This document shows positions 16,884 to 27,282 of a stretch of DNA of 52,832 bases, piece after piece. The notes under the pieces were generated by a model. The model saw only the letters and a list, made by a program, of their open reading frames with translations. It made no database searches and was not told the DNA's origin. The translations under genes and the position numbers were made by a program. Every line of letters starts with the position of its first letter. The stretch's first letter is position 1. The stretch comes from a virus (lineage: Duplodnaviria; Caudoviricetes): IMG/VR virus record IMGVR_UViG_3300044708_000049, positions 1 to 52,832 of that record; one strand, given 5' to 3'.

Positions 16884-17815
16884 AAGATATTGTCATCATC
16901 ATGGGATACAACGCGGCTGGTAAATCCACCGTGGTTAAGCAATTTACTGACCGTGGTTACACTCGATTGAATCGTGATACCGAAGGTGGTTCACTTGATG
17001 ACCTTGCCACAAAAGCCCATCATTTGATTAGGGGTGGTATCACAACGATTGTTTTAGATAATACTTACGCAACCGTTGAGAGTCGGCGCTCCATCATGAA
17101 GGTGGCAAAAATCTGTCAGATACCAATCCGTTGTCTCTTACTCACTACATCTTTTGAAGACGCTCAATTGAACGCCTGTCTTCGAATGGTTAAAGACACT
17201 GGCCGACTCCTAATGCCCGAGGATTTCAAAAAAACCAAGAATCCTAATCATTTTCCGCCAGTGGCTCTGTTCAATTACCGAAAGGTATTCGAGAAACCTA
17301 CAACGGCAGAGGGGTTTGTCGAAGTTAAAGAATTTCCGTTCGTTCGTGAATGGCCGAGTGATTATGTCAACAAGGCTTTGATTCTTGATTACGACGGAAA
17401 TCTTCGTGAGAGTTTGGGCGAATATGACTATCCATGTACACCGAGTGAAGTAGTAATATTTCCCAATCGAACGACGGTAATCAAAAAATACCAAAAAGAC
17501 GGATACATTCTCTTGGGCGCCTCGAATCAATCTGGCGTAGCGAAAAAGATTTTATCCTCTAAGGATGCTGACGACTGTCTCAAAGAGACGAACCGACAAC
17601 TTGGATTGGACATCGACTATCAATTTTGTCCTCACAGTATTCCGCCTGTATCTTGTTACTGTCGGAAACCACATCCCGGCATGGGAGCGGTTTTCATCGT
17701 CAAATACAAATTGAATCCTTCGGAGTGTATCTTCGTTGGTGACCAGACAAGCGACAAGACATTCGCTGAACGTTGTGGATTTCAATTCAAACATACCACT
17801 GAATTTTTTATATGA
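16880..17815 (+). CDS. polynucleotide kinase-like P-loop fused to HAD (GmhB/HisB-like) phosphatase
   Basis: GYNAAGKST, NRDT, LDNT; LDYDG, SNQSG, CPH..CYCRKPHPGM, FVGD. Confidence 0.85.
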   Translation: MKDIVIIMGYNAAGKSTVVKQFTDRGYTRLNRDTEGGSLDDLATKAHHLIRGGITTIVLDNTYATVESRRSIMKVAKICQIPIRCLLLTTSFEDAQLNACLRMVKDTGRLLMPEDFKKTKNPNHFPPVALFNYRKVFEKPTTAEGFVEVKEFPFVREWPSDYVNKALILDYDGNLRESLGEYDYPCTPSEVVIFPNRTTVIKKYQKDGYILLGASNQSGVAKKILSSKDADDCLKETNRQLGLDIDYQFCPHSIPPVSCYCRKPHPGMGAVFIVKYKLNPSECIFVGDQTSDKTFAERCGFQFKHTTEFFI

Positions 17816-18027
17816 TATACTTAGTATCAGGTCAAGTTACTATCTCAATCACAACTTTGGTTGAGGCGGATTCACCGGAAGAGGCAAAAGAGATTGCCGC
17901 TGACCGTCAAATGCAAATGGTGGACGATGTTGGCCGTCATGGTCAGACACCCGAAGAAGTGTGGTGTCATTCAGGTGAATTGGATGGCGAAGCCCAAATC
18001 AATCGTGTGGAGGAATACGAAGAATGA
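17812..18027 (+). CDS. small acidic hypothetical protein
   Basis: VEADSPEEAKEIA motif typical of small phage proteins. Confidence 0.7.
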   Translation: MIYLVSGQVTISITTLVEADSPEEAKEIAADRQMQMVDDVGRHGQTPEEVWCHSGELDGEAQINRVEEYEE

Positions 18028-18338
18028 ATATGAGAATCGCTGGATACCTTGTTGATTATCGAAAAGACGTAATCACAAAAATGGGCGCCATTGGAACGGT
18101 TGACCTTGAAGGCAATCCTCTTCCCGGCCAAGATTGTTGGAAGGTTCACATTCATGTGAAATCTTTCAATATTTCCAAAGACAAATTCAGGCAGGTGTCG
18201 AACTACATCATCAATTACCTTTTTGAAGAGGGATACATCACGATGGATATTCCCGTTAAATTTAGAATGTTCGATGTCCTTGGCAAAGACATTCACGTAA
18301 ACCAATTTGACAAATATGGAAACGATACTCAAGGTTGA
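18024..18338 (+). CDS. hypothetical protein (YLxxEG motif)
   Basis: IINYLFEEGYI. Confidence 0.65.
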   Translation: MNMRIAGYLVDYRKDVITKMGAIGTVDLEGNPLPGQDCWKVHIHVKSFNISKDKFRQVSNYIINYLFEEGYITMDIPVKFRMFDVLGKDIHVNQFDKYGNDTQG

Positions 18339-18660
18339 CGCTCCTCTTTACATTGACGTTACGTGTTGCTCGTGTCGTAGAACGGTGGCATTGAGCAACA
18401 CATCCGAAGACGAAGGCAGACGATATTGCCAAAGGTGTATGGAATTTCGTTTAGCGATTAACCCACCGCCAGTTTGTGAAAGGATGAAACCTTATACATA
18501 CAATGGTTTCACAATTACTCACTACAACTTAGGCAAGGAACAGTTCATCGCCTGCCAAGAGGCAAACGTGTTGCGTGATGTTACCAAAGAAGGCATCGAA
18601 CAACAGATTGATGAATTTGTTAAATTTACATCCGAAGACTATTATAACGATGAAGGATAA
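18316..18660 (+). CDS. Zn-ribbon hypothetical protein
   Basis: CCSC...CQRC. Confidence 0.6.
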   Translation: METILKVDAPLYIDVTCCSCRRTVALSNTSEDEGRRYCQRCMEFRLAINPPPVCERMKPYTYNGFTITHYNLGKEQFIACQEANVLRDVTKEGIEQQIDEFVKFTSEDYYNDEG

Positions 18661-18663
18661 TGT

Positions 18664-18813
18664 ATGATATGCCGTGGTTGTGAGAATGTAGTGACTGAAC
18701 ACGAAATTCAACAGTGGAATGGTTTCTGTGAGAATTGTATCGAAACCGGCCACAATTTTGACGATGACGTAACGGAAGTCGTCGATGACGATAGCGAAGA
18801 ATTTTCAATCTGA
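18664..18813 (+). CDS. 49-aa Zn-ribbon protein with acidic tail (absent from ORF track)
   Basis: MICRGC...FCENC...DDDSEEFSI*; AAGGA SD upstream. Confidence 0.6.
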   Translation: MICRGCENVVTEHEIQQWNGFCENCIETGHNFDDDVTEVVDDDSEEFSI

Positions 18814-18816
18814 CGC

Positions 18817-18844
18817 TTGACTTATTATATCATTGTGGTAATGT
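18817..18844 (+). promoter_or_regulatory. repeated early promoter TTGACT-N16-TAATGT (leaderless)
   Basis: Family member; 6 nt to ATG 18851. Confidence 0.78.
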
Positions 18845-18850
18845 ATCAGT

Positions 18851-19117
18851 ATGATGACTGAGAAAAAATACCAGATTTTGTATTATGAGTCGGCGGAGGA
18901 TATGGTTCCGGATAATTGTCAAATTCATTCAGAAAATCAATTTGCCCAATACGGACAACCCACGAACCGATATAATTGGAACAACATCAAACGAGATGAA
19001 ATTTTGAGCACCAGTGTTGGTGACGCTTACCTAGCGTTCACGTTGGGTCATCCGTCATACATCGTCGTGGGTGTGGAAGATGTTCGTGCTAACTTTCCCT
19101 CGACCGTAGTCGCTTAA
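18851..19117 (+). CDS. hypothetical protein
   Basis: ORF between two promoters. Confidence 0.65.
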   Translation: MMTEKKYQILYYESAEDMVPDNCQIHSENQFAQYGQPTNRYNWNNIKRDEILSTSVGDAYLAFTLGHPSYIVVGVEDVRANFPSTVVA

Positions 19118-19120
19118 GGC

Positions 19121-19148
19121 TTGACTTATTATAACTCTGTGTTAGAGT
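19121..19148 (+). promoter_or_regulatory. repeated early promoter TTGACT-N16-TAGAGT
   Basis: Family member; directly upstream of PARP. Confidence 0.8.
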
Positions 19149-19157
19149 ATTGATGTT

Positions 19158-20447
19158 ATGGCAACACTAACAAAAAAACTGACTTTGATTTTCGTTGAGG
19201 CGGGAGTAAACTCCAACAAGGTTTGGTATGGCGAACTTTACGATAATGGTGACGTTATCACACGTTGGGGAAGAATTGGAAAAGACCTTCAATCCAAGGA
19301 ATTTTCTGGTGCCGGCGAATCATTTCTTCTCAAAAAAGAGAAAGAGAAAATCAAAAAGGGATATACGCCTGCTAGGGTGGTTGACGGAACCATCGGAAGT
19401 GGTTCAATATCACCAACTTCGGTTGTAAAAGACCAAAATCTTCACGAAATTGCTAAACGTCAATTGGTCAAAGATACCTCAAATAAGGTTCTGAATGACT
19501 TGGTTACTCGTCTTGTCAGGTCAAACATCCATAAAATCACCACTTCGACGAACATCTCATTCTCCGATACAACTGGCTTATTTTCAACGCCGTTGGGTAT
19601 AGTTACGCCTGACGCAATCTCCGAGGCTCGTGACTTTCTGGCGGATGCCCTACCCTACGTCAAGAAGTCAGACTACGGTGTATGTCTTCAAAAGATTACC
19701 AGCGATTACCTTCGTCTCATTCCTCAGGACATTGGGATGAAATTCCGAGTCGAAAACATTTTCCCTGACGTTTCCGCTGTCGAAAAACAATCCGACATTC
19801 TTGACTCCCTCGAAGCCTCTTTTCAGGCATTAGGTCAGAAACCAAATAAAGCGAAGAACGCCAAAGACACCTTGGAAGAAGTCTTTAAAGTTGACCTTGA
19901 CGTTATGGGCAATAGCGCCGAATTCCGACGTTTGGTGAAGTGGTTCGAAGATAGCAAGAAATCAATGCATAGTTACGACCATATTCGAGTGGTTAACGCT
20001 TACATCGTGAAGATTCACGACATGGCAAATGCTTTCAGACCTGACAACGTTGAGGAAGTGTTTCACGGAACATCCGAGGCGAACTGTTTGAGTATTCTCA
20101 AGAGTGGATTGAAAGTGGCGCCTCCTTCAACCGCTAAAAGCGCCGGCAAATTGTTCGGTGAGGGAGCCTATGGCGCTAAGTCATCAACAAAATCTCTTGG
20201 TTATACCTATGACCGATGGCATCAAGGTGGTGTTGGTTCGGCTGGTTGGTTATATATCTGTGACTTCGCCATGGGCAAAATTCACTATCCAACAGTAGCA
20301 ACGGAAAGTGGTCCGCCTGCTGGTTATGATTCTACATGGGCAGTCGGTGGAAAAGTTAAATATAGTGGCCGAACACTATTTAACGATGAACTGATTGTTT
20401 ATCAGAACAATCGAATCAACATCAAATACCTTTTGGAGTGTAAATGA
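19158..20447 (+). CDS. WGR-domain poly(ADP-ribose) polymerase-like ADP-ribosyltransferase
   Basis: NSNKVW...RWGRIG (WGR); TPLG...YLRLIPQ (regulatory helical domain); FHGTS, LFGEGAYGA, KSLGY, NDELIVY (H-Y-E triad). Confidence 0.92.
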   Translation: MATLTKKLTLIFVEAGVNSNKVWYGELYDNGDVITRWGRIGKDLQSKEFSGAGESFLLKKEKEKIKKGYTPARVVDGTIGSGSISPTSVVKDQNLHEIAKRQLVKDTSNKVLNDLVTRLVRSNIHKITTSTNISFSDTTGLFSTPLGIVTPDAISEARDFLADALPYVKKSDYGVCLQKITSDYLRLIPQDIGMKFRVENIFPDVSAVEKQSDILDSLEASFQALGQKPNKAKNAKDTLEEVFKVDLDVMGNSAEFRRLVKWFEDSKKSMHSYDHIRVVNAYIVKIHDMANAFRPDNVEEVFHGTSEANCLSILKSGLKVAPPSTAKSAGKLFGEGAYGAKSSTKSLGYTYDRWHQGGVGSAGWLYICDFAMGKIHYPTVATESGPPAGYDSTWAVGGKVKYSGRTLFNDELIVYQNNRINIKYLLECK

Positions 20448-23400
20448 ACGTAGCAGAACTAACAGACGAACAATTGCTGGAACAAATCAAACAGATTTGT
20501 TTCGACCTAACCGGAAACAGAATTCCGCCATCGACGGATTTGACGAAAATAATACATGGTCACGATGACGTGGTGATGTATCCGGCTGATGAAATCAAAC
20601 AATACATTTTGGAATCAATCATCATGGGAGCAACCATGCAAGATGCTTTTGATGAAGACCCTCAAGCAAATTTGAGAGCCAATATTTTGATTCTGTTCCT
20701 TTCAATGTTCGGTATCAAAGTAACATTCAACAAAGAATAATATGAGTCCATTTATCATCGCCATTTTTGTTATCGTCACTCTCGTTTTCCTCATTTCTCT
20801 TCTGGCCACATTTCTGGCGCGTAACGATGTCAACTCACTTTTGGCATTTATCATAGCAGTCGTTTTCGGAATTTTTACCGGAATCGTAGGAATGAAATGT
20901 CATCGGGCGTGGGTAACAGAACATCATCCAATCAACATCGAAAGGAATCAATAATATGTGTTTTTTCAGTCATAAATTCGGAGAAATCAAAGCGGATGGT
21001 TTTCAATACTGTTCCAAGTGTGGTAAGGCGGAGAAGCCTTCCATTCCACATCCTTGTGTCAATGGACATATTTGGGTTACTACCGATGAACAACGGTATA
21101 AGTTAACCAAATACAATGGTTATGGCCAATCTCAAGAACACATTCAGATGCAATATTTTCAATCTTGTTCTCGTTGTGGATTGAAAACACAACAAACTGT
21201 CGGCTAAAATTCGACATGAAAATAAATGAACTTTTGAGTGAATTGCCGACACATGATTTGGAAAACAATCCTGTGAAAGACCGTATCTTAAAACTTGCCA
21301 GAGACATGGCTAAATCAAACAATCATTCGTTTGTCACGGCAAACGACCTAAACGACGCTGTTGATTGGTATCGAACACATGGATACATAAACTAATTATG
21401 GGACACGCAAGAGTAACAAATATTTCGAAGGCGGTGAATCATAACCTTCACCGTGGACCTTGTAGCATCAAACAAATTGTTGACTACTTGATTGTTCACA
21501 AACAGACAGTTCACGCCGGCGAAGGTGAATTGGAAGATACTTGTATGTTGTCTCAAGCAACTCAAGATGTTATGAGTTGGCTTTACGACCGAAGAGTTGT
21601 GGAGCCAGTCAATATGACAACTGAACAAGAGAAGATTTTCAGACAATGGGGTTCAAATGCCATGACGAATTGGGATTGTGGTAATGATGGTAATGGAGGG
21701 GAGTATGCTATCTTTGATTCTATTCAGTGGCGACCATTAAGAAAACGATTGCCAATTTTGAATTATGTCTCACACTGATTTACCATACAACGCCGTGTGG
21801 CCCGGAGAACAATGTCTTGAAGACATGTGGAGAGATACGAATGGTATTGATTCGACCGGCAATATGTGGTTGACTCCAAGAATGGAACGAATGGCAAAAT
21901 ACACTCAAGAGCAGTGGGATGCTTGGAATAAGGTGGATGTTGAATTACTATGAACAATTGTAGAAGATGTGACGGAACAGGCAGAGAACCAGACCACGTT
22001 AACTCGCCATGTTGTATTTGTGAAGGCAAAGGAAAACGACCACAGGCCAAAAAACTTCTTCGAAAGAAAGTCATCAAGGTTTGTTGTAAGAGTTTACACC
22101 AAAAATTGAATCATGAATGTAGCGAACACGGATTCAATTGTCCCGACCATCCCATTCGATTCTACACGACTTTCAGTGGCGCCAAACCTGAATTTGGTAT
22201 TTGCCATCCTGACAATGTGAGTTATTATACAATCAATAACTGTCCGTGGTGTGGTACAGAACTGAAACAGTATCTTGCTGACTCCTACGATGGTTACGAA
22301 ATGATTGATTTATGATGACACTGACCGAATTGGTTAGAATATTGAAGAAAGCGTCACCGACTCAAATTGACCCGCCCATCATGAAAATGATAGAGGAAGT
22401 CGATTTGAAGAGTGAACAGGCCGTCAGAGATATGCTTGCTGAAGTTTACAAATCAGGCTTCTATTCACTGGTTGACCCATTCATTGCGGTTATGTGTGAC
22501 CCTAAATTCATAGCAAATTATCCATTATGAAAAAGAAAGCCAAAGTCGAAAAACATCAAGAGATTGACGTGGTTAAGTTTCCGTTCCCCTATGAACCGAG
22601 ACTTAAAAACGTGAAATTCATTGTCTTTGGTGACTCGTATGATTTCTGGGTTCAGTGTCACAATCGAGTCGAAATCGAACAGATGAATCCGGGCTTCATG
22701 TTTCAATACCACGAATTTTCCAAGAAGACTCCATGTTGGGGAAGTGGATATTTCGGCAAGGTGAACGGTATTCTGACACTCTTTGTAGATGCTAGCGGCG
22801 CTTACATGGATTGGTTTAAGTTTGAAGAATACGTTTTCGCCATGTGTGGAATGAAGCCGGGTCGTGACAATCACACCGATAGCAACAATTTCCACAATCA
22901 CATTGCTTTACTCACCATGACCGATGAACAGAGAGTAAGAGCATTGAAAAAGGAACTCAAGGAGAAGGAACGTGACATAGCCCAATTACAAAGGGCTTTG
23001 GAGGATGCTGAACCAAAGACACATTTTTACTCTGTGAAAGACCATCCAACCGACCACACTAAATGTAATCTTTGTGACTCGCCATTAACTGGTTGCCACA
23101 TGGGTTCGTATTGTTCGAATGAGAAGTGTAATTATGTTGACGGTTCGGCGTGGTTGACCGAAAAGGAAGCATTTCGTCTTAGGGATAAACTCGAATTATG
23201 AAATACAAAGTATTATTCTCCGAAAAGGCCGCCAAATTTTGTGGGTCCAACACAATATTACTCAATGGCAAACGAGTTGAATACACCTGCCTTCATAGCA
23301 TTGATACTGATTGGAAATCACATTACATGTGGGATGACGCCGTGGTGATTGGTGAAACTGAATCACTTGATTCTGTTCATCCCTGTCATAAAGGTATGGA

Positions 23401-23455
23401 TGACGCCGACTACGAATATCCTGATAGCGATTGGGACGACATTTATCGTATATAA
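20444..23455 (+). other. run of small hypothetical genes (20444-20740, 20742-20954 two-TM, 20956-21207 Zn-ribbon, ~21216-21395, ~21398-21778, 21765-21953, 21950-22315 Cys-rich, 22312-22530, 22527-23201, 23198-23455)
   Basis: Abutting or overlapping + strand ORFs, several with CxxC pairs; no family recognised. Confidence 0.7.
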
Positions 23456-23458
23456 CGC

Positions 23459-23486
23459 TTGACTTATTTTAATGTTGTGGTAGAGT
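23459..23486 (+). promoter_or_regulatory. repeated early promoter TTGACT-N16-TAGAGT
   Basis: Family member. Confidence 0.8.
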
Positions 23487-23543
23487 ATCCACAACGTTGA
23501 GATTCAACGGAAACAAAATAACAAAGTAACATAGCATACCAAT

Positions 23544-24098
23544 ATGAGACTCGAAGACGCGGTAGTAACAGCAGTGACGGAATTGAAGACCAAGGGCCTG
23601 TTTTCGGCCTACGACCTTACAACTTTCATTCGTAATCAAGCCAATTCTGGCAAATTCGATTTGCCCGGCCTCGAAGCCCGACCCAACAACCAAAACATCA
23701 AATTCTGGATTAACCACGAAGACGTGAAATCCATCTTGAACGAGTTGCTCACCAACGGCGCCTTGGATACCCTCGGTTTCACCGGCCGAACTTTCAACGG
23801 AACTTATTTGGAGTATCATTTTGAAGTGAACGCTCCGGCGGTTAGGGTTGTGGTCAATCCTACCCAAATCACTTCCGTTCCATCCAACTCGGTCCCGTCT
23901 GTCAGTGGTGATTTGGATGCCAGAGTGTCTGCCTATCTCGATTCGAATTTGAAGCGGGGTCTTACGACCTTGAAGCAGATTCAGAGCGCCCTCAAGATGA
24001 ACGGCGTGTTCTGTTCTGACCTGTATCAATCGGTTCAACGGTTGGGTTACACTGTCGTTGGGTCCAACGGCAATTATTCAACCTACGTGGTTGCCTAA
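23544..24098 (+). CDS. hypothetical protein, monocistronic
   Basis: Own promoter and terminator; C-ending codon bias. Confidence 0.8.
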   Translation: MRLEDAVVTAVTELKTKGLFSAYDLTTFIRNQANSGKFDLPGLEARPNNQNIKFWINHEDVKSILNELLTNGALDTLGFTGRTFNGTYLEYHFEVNAPAVRVVVNPTQITSVPSNSVPSVSGDLDARVSAYLDSNLKRGLTTLKQIQSALKMNGVFCSDLYQSVQRLGYTVVGSNGNYSTYVVA

Positions 24099-24127
24099 TA
24101 AGAAGAATTTTTCACCAAACAACAAAC

Positions 24128-24168
24128 GCCGGTGGAATGGGCCAAACCCACCACCGGCTATTTTTTTT
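24128..24168 (+). terminator. rho-independent terminator
   Basis: GCCGGTGG...CCACCGGC stem followed by T8. Confidence 0.8.
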
Positions 24169-24714
24169 ATGAATGTATTAGACCATTTGAAAGATAAGAC
24201 CGTGGATGAAATCAAGGAATATGTTGCCTCACGAACGTATCCCGTGGCTGCTGCCATGATGCACATCAATGGGGATTTCAATTTGTCCACTGTCGTTCGT
24301 AACGCCAACTTTTTTGGCTTTCGTGAAGTATTTTACATCGGCGGAAAGAGAGGATGGGATAGACGTGGCGCTGTGGGAACACACAATTATACGCCAGTCA
24401 TTCATTGCCTCAACGAGTGGGAATTCTTCGGAATGATTCACGAAAAGTATGTTCCGATTGGAATTGAGTGTAACGTCAACTATCCGATGATTGACGTGTG
24501 TGACTTTGACTGGCCGTTAAATCCTGTGATGATTTTTGGCGAGGAACAAAGCGGTCTGTCCGATTCTGTATTGTCACGATGCAAGTCGATCGTCACTATT
24601 ACGCCACATGGAAGTGTCCGTTCATTAAATGTCGGAACTTCATCCGGTATTGTGTTCAATCACTACGCCAACAGTGGAATCGTTCAACGTGAATTAACCA
24701 GAGAAAATATATGA
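24169..24714 (+). CDS. SpoU/TrmH-family RNA 2'-O-methyltransferase 1
   Basis: FNLSTVVRNANFFG, IFGEEQSGL, ITPHGSVRSLNVGTSSGI. Confidence 0.9.
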   Translation: MNVLDHLKDKTVDEIKEYVASRTYPVAAAMMHINGDFNLSTVVRNANFFGFREVFYIGGKRGWDRRGAVGTHNYTPVIHCLNEWEFFGMIHEKYVPIGIECNVNYPMIDVCDFDWPLNPVMIFGEEQSGLSDSVLSRCKSIVTITPHGSVRSLNVGTSSGIVFNHYANSGIVQRELTRENI

Positions 24715-24998
24715 AAGACAAATTGAATCAGAGAGAACAAGAAGTCGTGTCAGTGATGATTGATTTGTTCATGAAAGGTCTGCCAGAGACTCGTATTGCG
24801 AAATACTGTCACGACAAACACATGACATATCTACAGGTCCATAAATTTCTTTTGAAGTTGCCATTAGCCGACCCGGTGAGGGTGGGTATTCTCAATGCCT
24901 TCAAGGAAATGGAACATGGTGTCATTGACCGTTCACAAAAGACAGGCGAAGAATTGAACGACTGGTGGAATCGAACAAAAAATCCACCTTCTGCTTGA
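24711..24998 (+). CDS. hypothetical protein
   Basis: ATGA overlap. Confidence 0.65.
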   Translation: MKDKLNQREQEVVSVMIDLFMKGLPETRIAKYCHDKHMTYLQVHKFLLKLPLADPVRVGILNAFKEMEHGVIDRSQKTGEELNDWWNRTKNPPSA

Positions 24999-25022
24999 CT
25001 TATATAAGAATCGTGGTAGGAT
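24995..25022 (+). promoter_or_regulatory. repeated early promoter TTGACT-N16-TAGGAT
   Basis: Family member. Confidence 0.75.
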
Positions 25023-25065
25023 ATACACAGTTAAACAACAACAACAAAAATAGTTACAACAAAAA

Positions 25066-25398
25066 ATGAAAACATTCTTAGCGTATCTTGTCGGGGCCAT
25101 CGGCGTATTTGCCGTCACAGCCATCTTTGCTACTTACGGATTCTTCGCCAGCGCCTTCGTTGGTATGCATCTTTGGAACTGGTTCGCCGTTTCAACCTTC
25201 GGTTTGCCGGCTATCACCATGTTACAATCACTCGGAATCGGTCTGGTTCTTAGTTTCTACACATATCAGTATGTGTCTCCGACATCGGATGATGAACGAG
25301 AATTGAGTAGCAAAGTGACATCTATCGTGGCTCTGTGTCTCCGACCTTGGATGATTCTTCTCGTTGGTTATTTCATTCACCGCCTAACCGTGGGTTAA
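25066..25398 (+). CDS. multi-TM membrane protein
   Basis: Hydrophobic helices; LWNWFAV..FGLPAIT..Q.LG. Confidence 0.8.
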   Translation: MKTFLAYLVGAIGVFAVTAIFATYGFFASAFVGMHLWNWFAVSTFGLPAITMLQSLGIGLVLSFYTYQYVSPTSDDERELSSKVTSIVALCLRPWMILLVGYFIHRLTVG

Positions 25399-25399
25399 T

Positions 25400-25558
25400 A
25401 TGAACACCACGTATCTCGTCATCTGCCTATTGTGGGGTTCTGTGTTTTTCGCTGGCATTCTCGCCTATCTAGCAAAGACAATAAATGAATGGCGATACGG
25501 CTTACTGTTCATGTTCATAGTAGCGGCCCTATTCAGTATGGTGTTACTTGGCAAATGA
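25400..25558 (+). CDS. 52-aa two-TM membrane protein (absent from ORF track)
   Basis: MNTTYLVICLLWG...; ATGA overlap with next gene. Confidence 0.55.
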   Translation: MNTTYLVICLLWGSVFFAGILAYLAKTINEWRYGLLFMFIVAALFSMVLLGK

Positions 25559-26145
25559 AACCGACAAATGGAATAATTGGAAAGAACGCTCCTCCTGTTG
25601 GCGTCACTCCGGCGATTATCTTGAATAATCCCAAGAAAGCCGCCAACGTGGGAGCAGTCATTCGAGCCGCCTCTTGCTTTGGAGCAAATCAAGTGTGGTA
25701 TAGTGGAAATCGTTTCCGTCTTGATGACGGGGAACGTATCCCAAGGGAGGAACGCTTGAGGGGCTACAAGGAAGTTGACTTGATTCAATTCGATTATCCC
25801 TTTGACCACTTTCCAAGAGGCGTGACGCCTGTAGCAATTGAGTTGGTGGAGAACGCCGAGTGGTTATGTGACTTCGAACACCCCGAGAAAGCGGTTTACG
25901 TTTTTGGTCCGGAGGATGGTTCGATTGAACAAACGTGGAAGCGCCACTGCCATCGCTTTGTGAAGATACCATCGAAACATTGTACGAATTTGTCGGCAGC
26001 GGTTTACATCGTTCTGTATGACCGAATGATGAAACACTACCAAAAGACTGGCGAACTGTTGGAGTTAGCAGAAGACCGAGGATTGGACGCCAGTCTTGAA
26101 AGATTTGGTGATTTGGGCGAACGAAACAATTCAGCATTTATATGA
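25555..26145 (+). CDS. SpoU/TrmH-family RNA methyltransferase 2
   Basis: NPKKAANVGAVIRAASCFG, VFGPEDGS, CTNLSAAVYIVLYDR. Confidence 0.9.
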   Translation: MKPTNGIIGKNAPPVGVTPAIILNNPKKAANVGAVIRAASCFGANQVWYSGNRFRLDDGERIPREERLRGYKEVDLIQFDYPFDHFPRGVTPVAIELVENAEWLCDFEHPEKAVYVFGPEDGSIEQTWKRHCHRFVKIPSKHCTNLSAAVYIVLYDRMMKHYQKTGELLELAEDRGLDASLERFGDLGERNNSAFI

Positions 26146-27279
26146 GAAATTTTCTAATTTTTCTAGCAATCATAACGTGTATCAGTGTATCAATACTGAT
26201 ATATAGCGACGTGATTAAAGGCGACAAGAGCGACATTGCCAGTCAAGTCATCGCCTTCGATACGACAGATTCGGTCAAGAATATCGAACAACGATTCGCT
26301 TTTCACGGCCCATTCTACATCACTAAACATCGTCGTATCTATCGTGTCGAAACACAAAGGCATGTCTATTGGTTCAGATACGGTGGATGGTTTGGGACCG
26401 ATATTTACAGAGAAGTAGATGGCAATTACGAAAAAGTGAAAGGTGATTGATGAGTGATGACGGCGACTATTTCTGTTGGCATCAAAGGTGGAGCCGGAAG
26501 GGAATTGAAGGCAAATTTTTTGGACCCGGTCCGTATTGTATAGGTTGTGGTGGTCTGATAATGACGCCGGAGAATACCAAACACCTTTCACCGCCACCAA
26601 CGCCTTATGAAGAGTATCAAGAAAAACTCTTGGAACTCGTCAAACAAAGTGTCGAGTTAACCGAGACAATGAAATACATTCAGTCGGAGTGTTCACACGA
26701 AGAACACAACGAACGAAATCAATGTGTCGAGTGTGGCCTGTTCCATTATGACAAAGACTGAACGAGATGCCAAACGATGGCAGGCGTTAATTAAACACAC
26801 TCGTATTGAGTTGGATGACTACGCCGATGCTGAACCTGTATTCAAAGTTGTGGTTCCTGTCTCTTGGCAGATAGGTAACAAAGGATTTGTTAAAGTAATT
26901 GACCGATTAATCAAAGACCAAGAAAATGAAAACAATCAAGAAGACAACTAAAATCAAAATCCCCGAAGTGGGCGACAAAATCTACGTTCCATCCTCATTC
27001 TCCATCTCACATGGTAGCGACGATTTTGCTGGTGGTAAAGCCACTGTCAAACGTGTTTACAAGAGCATGAGTGGTGGAGATGCCAACTGCCTTTTTGTTG
27101 ACATTGTTGAAGGCAATCGTGGATACAATTGGACACAGTGTATTGGACCCGAACAATCTCAACTCAAGAAAGAATACAAAAATCAAGTGGCCCATCCCGA
27201 CCCTGACATTGATACGCCTTGGATTTCCAAAGGCGACATTGTTGATGGCAAGGTGTATGACGGCCCCGATGTTTGGTGA
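26142..27279 (+). other. hypothetical genes (26142-26450 with N-terminal TM, 26447-26761 Cys-rich, ~26748-26951, 26926-27279)
   Basis: Overlapping + strand ORFs. Confidence 0.65.
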
Positions 27280-27282
27280 TTT

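Noticed and set aside
23469-24038. Long antisense ORFs (e.g. 23469-24038, 14316-14852, 25658-26137, 11549-11908)
   Set aside because: Shadows of codon-biased + strand genes, with no motifs or expression signals.
24058-24168. ORF-track N-terminal extension of SpoU-1
   Set aside because: It runs through the upstream gene and the terminator; ATG 24169 fits better.
25031-25065. CAA/A-rich repeat before 25066
   Set aside because: Short low-complexity unstructured leader; no evidence of phase variation.
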